This document shows, piece by piece, positions 59,455 through 64,000 of a stretch of 64,000 bases of DNA. The notes beneath the pieces were generated by a model that was not told where the DNA came from, made no database searches, and worked only from the letters and a program-made list of their open reading frames with translations. Position numbers and translations under genes: made by a program. The stretch lies in NCBI RefSeq assembly GCF_009914755.1, contig NC_060927.1, one strand, 5' to 3'. Source of the DNA: the human T2T-CHM13v2.0 reference genome, Homo sapiens. Numbering within the stretch: the first letter of the stretch is position 1; each line of letters begins with the position of its first letter.

Positions 59455-62261
59455 CCCTCCATATGCTGTGGCCTGTAAACTCTCAAGGCAGTAAGCTGAG
59501 GCAATCATAGGACTCACCTGTTTTGTGTGCCATCTCTCAGAGGTCACTATCTTTCACTGCCTGGTGTCCAGTGTCTTGAAAGCCATTGTTTTCTGTATTT
59601 TTTTTCCTCTTCTTTTGGCTGTTTCAAGGCAGGAGGGTAAATTTGGGCCCTATTACTCCATCTTGACCAGATACGGAAATTCTCATGGTTGGATACCTGT
59701 GATATTTCCAGGTTTCACTTTTGTGCATGTGCATTGGTTTGCCATATATTTTAAGGCTCCACAGTAACACAGACAGCCACTAGTAATTGTTCCCTAAAAA
59801 TTCTGTGTGGGAATGTCTGAGATGTTTGTGCTCTGCGCTGCCCACTTATCTGACTCTGATACACATCAGTTCAGTCACAGTGGTAATGTTTTCTCTCAAA
59901 AAACACAAATTAATCAACTTTTGAAAAAGGTCTAGGGACAGACTCATGGATTTAAAGATGAGTGGCAGCCACAGAACCTTAAATTAAATTGTTATAAGAC
60001 TATTTTGGCACAGATACAGCCCAATTATTGTGGGCCTTGGCCTAGAATACACGGTTATGACTATATTGAAGCAGAATAAAATTTTGGTGGGCTTGATTTA
60101 TTAGTTCCCTTAGATTTCTGATATGCCAAACAACCAAAACAGTCAATTCTACTCTATGGAGCTGTGTTCCAATTTGATATTGCTCCAATTTGCTGGCATT
60201 TCTCTGAGTCTCATGTATCTCGTGGATTCATGTACCAAGGACTTCTATTTATGTGGTGGCAGGGAAGATAAAAGATTATGAGAAAAGATGCCTCCATGAC
60301 AGCTACCCGACTCTGCTAAGCCTTTGGATGCAGTGCACTTTCTACTAATGATTCTATGTGGGAATGCCTGAGACATCTGTGCTCTACACTGCCCACTAAA
60401 CTGGCTCAGAGGCTAACATTCCAATGGGGCCAAAGTACAGTGAACTGGGTTGTCCCACAATCCTCATGAGAAAGACACAGGCAATCTTGTACAGCCTGTG
60501 GTGCTTGGGAAACACCCTAGAAGAAGTGACTTATCTATTACTTCCCATAAAGAATGTTTGGACAGTGACAAAGCAGAGTTACTCATGTGTCATTGCTACT
60601 TGGGCTTTGGGGATCCTCTGGATCAGTGATCCATTACTACAGAGGAGACCTAGAAGTTCTCTTTACCTTCTGCCAAGTTAGAAACAATTTGCTGGTTGCA
60701 AAGAACAGTTCTATAGCACTTTGTTAAGGGTTACAGTAAAGCACTGGTATGGGTTTTGCTTTTGAAAGTATTTGTCTTATTTGACCTGATATTTAGGTGA
60801 TTTTGAAGCAAACCATTAAGTACACAGAAACAAAACATTAGATCAAAAGATCCAACTTAAAAAGAATGCCTACAAGATCAAAGCCTCTGTTCATCCTCTC
60901 TTCCTGCAGGAGTGTCTAGCAGAGGGAGAAAACATTTCTTTTGAGAAATACCCTTTTCAAAGAAAGATTAGAATCTGGCTTTAAGAGAATGGCCAAAGGG
61001 TGGGGAGATAGGGGGTGGGAAAAAATCAGTAATGGCATTCAGAGCAAACTTTTTCAGCTACCAGTCCTGACAAGTTGGCATATCCATCAGATGTCTGAAT
61101 GCTCATGATAGAACAGCCCAGCTACTGGTGAACTTACTTAGAATCTTTCTAACATTTCCAGAGTCCAAGGTGACACCATCTCCCCAAGAAATGTACAGTT
61201 CTGCCATTCCCTCCAACTAAGATCAACCCAGCTGCTGCTGCCATCAGCTCCCAGGCAGAACAGGTGGTTAATGATCTGTCCTCATTGGGTATGGGCTTTG
61301 TCTATGGATGTATTAAAGAAGGAATATCAACAAAGAATGGGACATCCATGATGCAGAAAGGATGAAGAATTAGCTCCTTTGCCAGCTTCTGATTCCATTC
61401 CACAATGACAGAATAGGTAACAAACAGGACTACTGCTGATACCCAGGGGTATGGTTTAGCATCTCAGAAGAGAAAAATGAGCTAGAGAATATGTGTCTGT
61501 AAACATCAGATATCTGCCATGCAATGGCTCACCTCAAACTGTGAGAGTTTCAATGCACTGACTAGTTGGTTCTTTCATTCTCCTATAGTTATCTGATGAT
61601 AGTAAGTAAGGAACACATTTGGCACCCTTACCCCAACTCCAATTTAACAAAAGACTCCTTTCTTCAGAGCTCTGAGGAAACTCTGTCTTCTAGTTACCTT
61701 TCCGGACCTTCGAGTCTCCCTCCAGGGCAAACCTTTCACTTCAGATCTTGAGAATCTGTGTTCTCAATTTGTCCCATGACTCAAAGTTTTGGACTCTTCC
61801 TTATTCCTTGGACCATCCAGGGGAAAGCTCCAGCCCTTGCACCCTTCACGAGGCTGAGAGGGGACGTCAGAGGATAAAAACATGTGATAGAAAAAGAATA
61901 AAAGCTCAAGACAGATTGACTGAAAGGAAAACCTCAGAGCTGAAACAGCTCTTTGTCTTCAGTCTTTTTTAGTATATGACAGGAATGTAACTACATAAAA
62001 ATTGCATTCTGCAAGGAAACAGCTAATTATAAACAGAACAAAAAAGGAAACAAGAAACTGGGAAAATAGTTGTAACATTTCTCACAAAGGGTTTGGGTGT
62101 TTTCCTAGTAAAGAACTCCTGCAAATCAATAAGTATAAGGTCAACTCAAAGAAACTGGGCAAAACATTAAAAGACAATGAACTACATAAAACACATTCAC
62201 ATGACTTTTAGATAGGAATTTGTGCTTAATCTCACAGTAGCATACAAATTAAAACAATGCA

Positions 62262-63209
62262 AGATTAACCAAGAAAAGAAGAGATAAAATCCAAATAACC
62301 TCACTAAGAAACAAAACAGGAGATATTACAACTGACACAACTGAAATACAAAAGGCTACTATGAACACCTTTACACACATAAACTAGAAAACCTAGAAGA
62401 GATGGATAAATTCCTGGAAAAATACAACCCTCTTGAATCAGGAAGAACTAGATACCCTGAAAAGACCAATAAAAAGCAGTGAGACTGAAATGGTAATTAA
62501 AAAATTACCACCAAAAAATGTCCAGGACCAGATGAATTCACAGCAGACTTCTATCAGACATTCAAAGAAGAATTGGTACCAATCCTTTTGACACTATCCC
62601 ACAAGATAACAAAAGAAGGAACCCTCCCTAATTCATTCTATGAAGCCAGCATCACCCTAATACCAAAACCAGGAAAGGACATAACCAAAAAAGAAAACTA
62701 CAGACCGATATCCCTGATGAACATAAATGCTGAAATCCTTAACAAAATACTAGCTATCTGAATCCAACAACATATCAGAAAGATAATCCACCATGATCAA
62801 GTGGGTTTCATATTAGGGATGGAGGGATGGCTTAACATATGCAAGTCAATAAATGTCATATACCACATAACAGAATTAAAAACAAAAATCACATGATCAT
62901 CTCAAGAGATGCAGAAAAAGCATTTGATAAAATGCAGCATCCCTTTATGATTGAAACTCAGCAAAAGCGGCATAAAAGGGACATACCTCAATGTAATAAA
63001 AGCCATCTATGACAAGCCCACAGCTAACATAATACTGAATGGGGAAAAGATGAAAGCATTTCCTCTGAGAACTGGAACAAGACAAGGAGGCCCACTCTCA
63101 CCACTCCTCTTCAGCATAGTACTGGAAATAAAGGGCATCCAAATTGGTAAACAGTAAGTTAAACTGTCACTGTTTGCTGATGATATGATCACTTACCTTA
63201 AAAACCCTA
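62262..63209 (+). mobile_element. L1 (L1PB/old L1PA) ORF2 fragment, RT region
   Basis: [19 protein letters not shown]...[11 protein letters not shown]; [16 protein letters not shown]; LFADDMI. Confidence 0.92.
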
Positions 63210-63223
63210 GGGGTTTTTGCTTC

Positions 63224-63233
63224 CAAGATGGCC
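63224..63233 (+). promoter_or_regulatory. YY1 site of the L1 internal promoter
   Basis: CAAGATGGCC at the L1 5' end. Confidence 0.8.
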
Positions 63234-63424
63234 AAATGGGAACAGCTCTACTCTGCAGCTCCCAGTGAGATCGATGCAGAAGACAGGTGATTTCTGCATT
63301 TCCAACTGAGGTACCTGGTTCTTCTCATGGGATGCACATGGGTGCAGCCCATGGAGAGTGCGCCGAAGCAGGGCGGGGTGTCGCCTCACCTGGGAGGCAC
63401 AAGGGGTCGGGGGATTTCCCTTTC

Positions 63425-63646
63425 CTACCCAAGGGAAGCCATCATAGTCTGTACCTGAAAAAAACGGGACACTCCTGCCCAAACACTGCACTTTTCCCAC
63501 AGTCTTAGCAGCCAGCAGACCAGGAGATTCCCTCCCGTGCCTGGCTCGGTAGGTCCCACGCCCACAGAGCCTAGCTCACTGCTAGCGCAGCAGTCTGGGA
63601 TCAACCTGTAAGGCTGCAGCCCGGTTGGGGGAGGGGTGTCCGTCAT
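63425..63646 (-). CDS. L1 ORF0 homolog, 73 aa, open (expression unknown)
   Basis: MTDTPPPTGLQPYRLIPDCCASSELGSVGVGPTEPG...AGVSRF aligns without gaps to recalled L1HS ORF0 (MAGAPPPASLPPCSLISDCCAS...SVGVGPSEPG...VGVTRF). Confidence 0.6.
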   Translation of the reverse strand: MTDTPPPTGLQPYRLIPDCCASSELGSVGVGPTEPGTGGNLLVCWLLRLWEKCSVWAGVSRFFQVQTMMASLG

Positions 63647-64000
63647 TGCTGAGGCTTGAGTAGGTAAACACAGGGGCCAGGAAGTGCGAACTGGGCAGAG
63701 CCCACTACAGCTCAGCAAGACCTACTGCCTCTATAGATTCCACCCCTGTGGGCAGGGCATAGCTGAACAAAAGGCAGCAGACAACTTCTGTAGACTTAAA
63801 CGTCCCTGGCTGACAGCTCTGAAGAGAGCAGTGGTTCACCCAGCATGGCATTCGAGCTCTGAGAACACACAGACTGCCTCCTCAAGTGGGTCGCTGACCC
63901 CTGTGTAGCCTGGCTGGGAGACACCTCCCAGTAGGGGCCAACAGATACCTCGTACAGGCAGGTGCCCCTCTGGGACAAAGCTTCCAGAGGAAGGATCAGG

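Larger units (their letters stand above)
63210..64000 (+). mobile_element. 5'UTR of an older L1PA element, nested in the previous L1 and continuing beyond the window
   Basis: CCAAGATGGCC...GCTCCCAGTGAGATCGATGCAGAAGACAGGTGATTTCTGCATTTCCAACTGAGGTACC; CpG-enriched; ends AAGCTTCCAGAGGAAGGATCAGG. Confidence 0.93.

Overview
Human genomic DNA from chromosome 3p22 (recalled as roughly hg38 chr3:41.21-41.28 Mb; not verified). The + strand carries CTNNB1 (beta-catenin) from inside intron 1 to the end of the 3'UTR. All 14 coding exons (exons 2-15) are present with GT-AG junctions and total 2346 nt (781 aa plus stop), and the exon 3 phosphodegron is wild type. About 6 kb downstream, the last two exons of ULK4 converge on the - strand, and the rest of the window is a repeat-rich ULK4 intron. 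Four observations stand out. (1) An older L1PA 5'UTR keeps an open 73-aa ORF0 whose splice donor is in phase 0, in frame with the ULK4 penultimate exon; this predicts a 113-aa ORF0-ULK4 fusion. (2) A template-switch-like inverted duplication between the two genes duplicates a TCF/LEF site and encloses a copy of sequence from 1.6 kb upstream. (3) A tailless 33-nt U2 snRNA retrocopy has a target-site duplication. (4) The circ-beta-catenin 370-aa ORF and the NMD-evading 3'UTR intron can be derived directly from the sequence. Repeat family names and boundaries were assigned by eye and are approximate.
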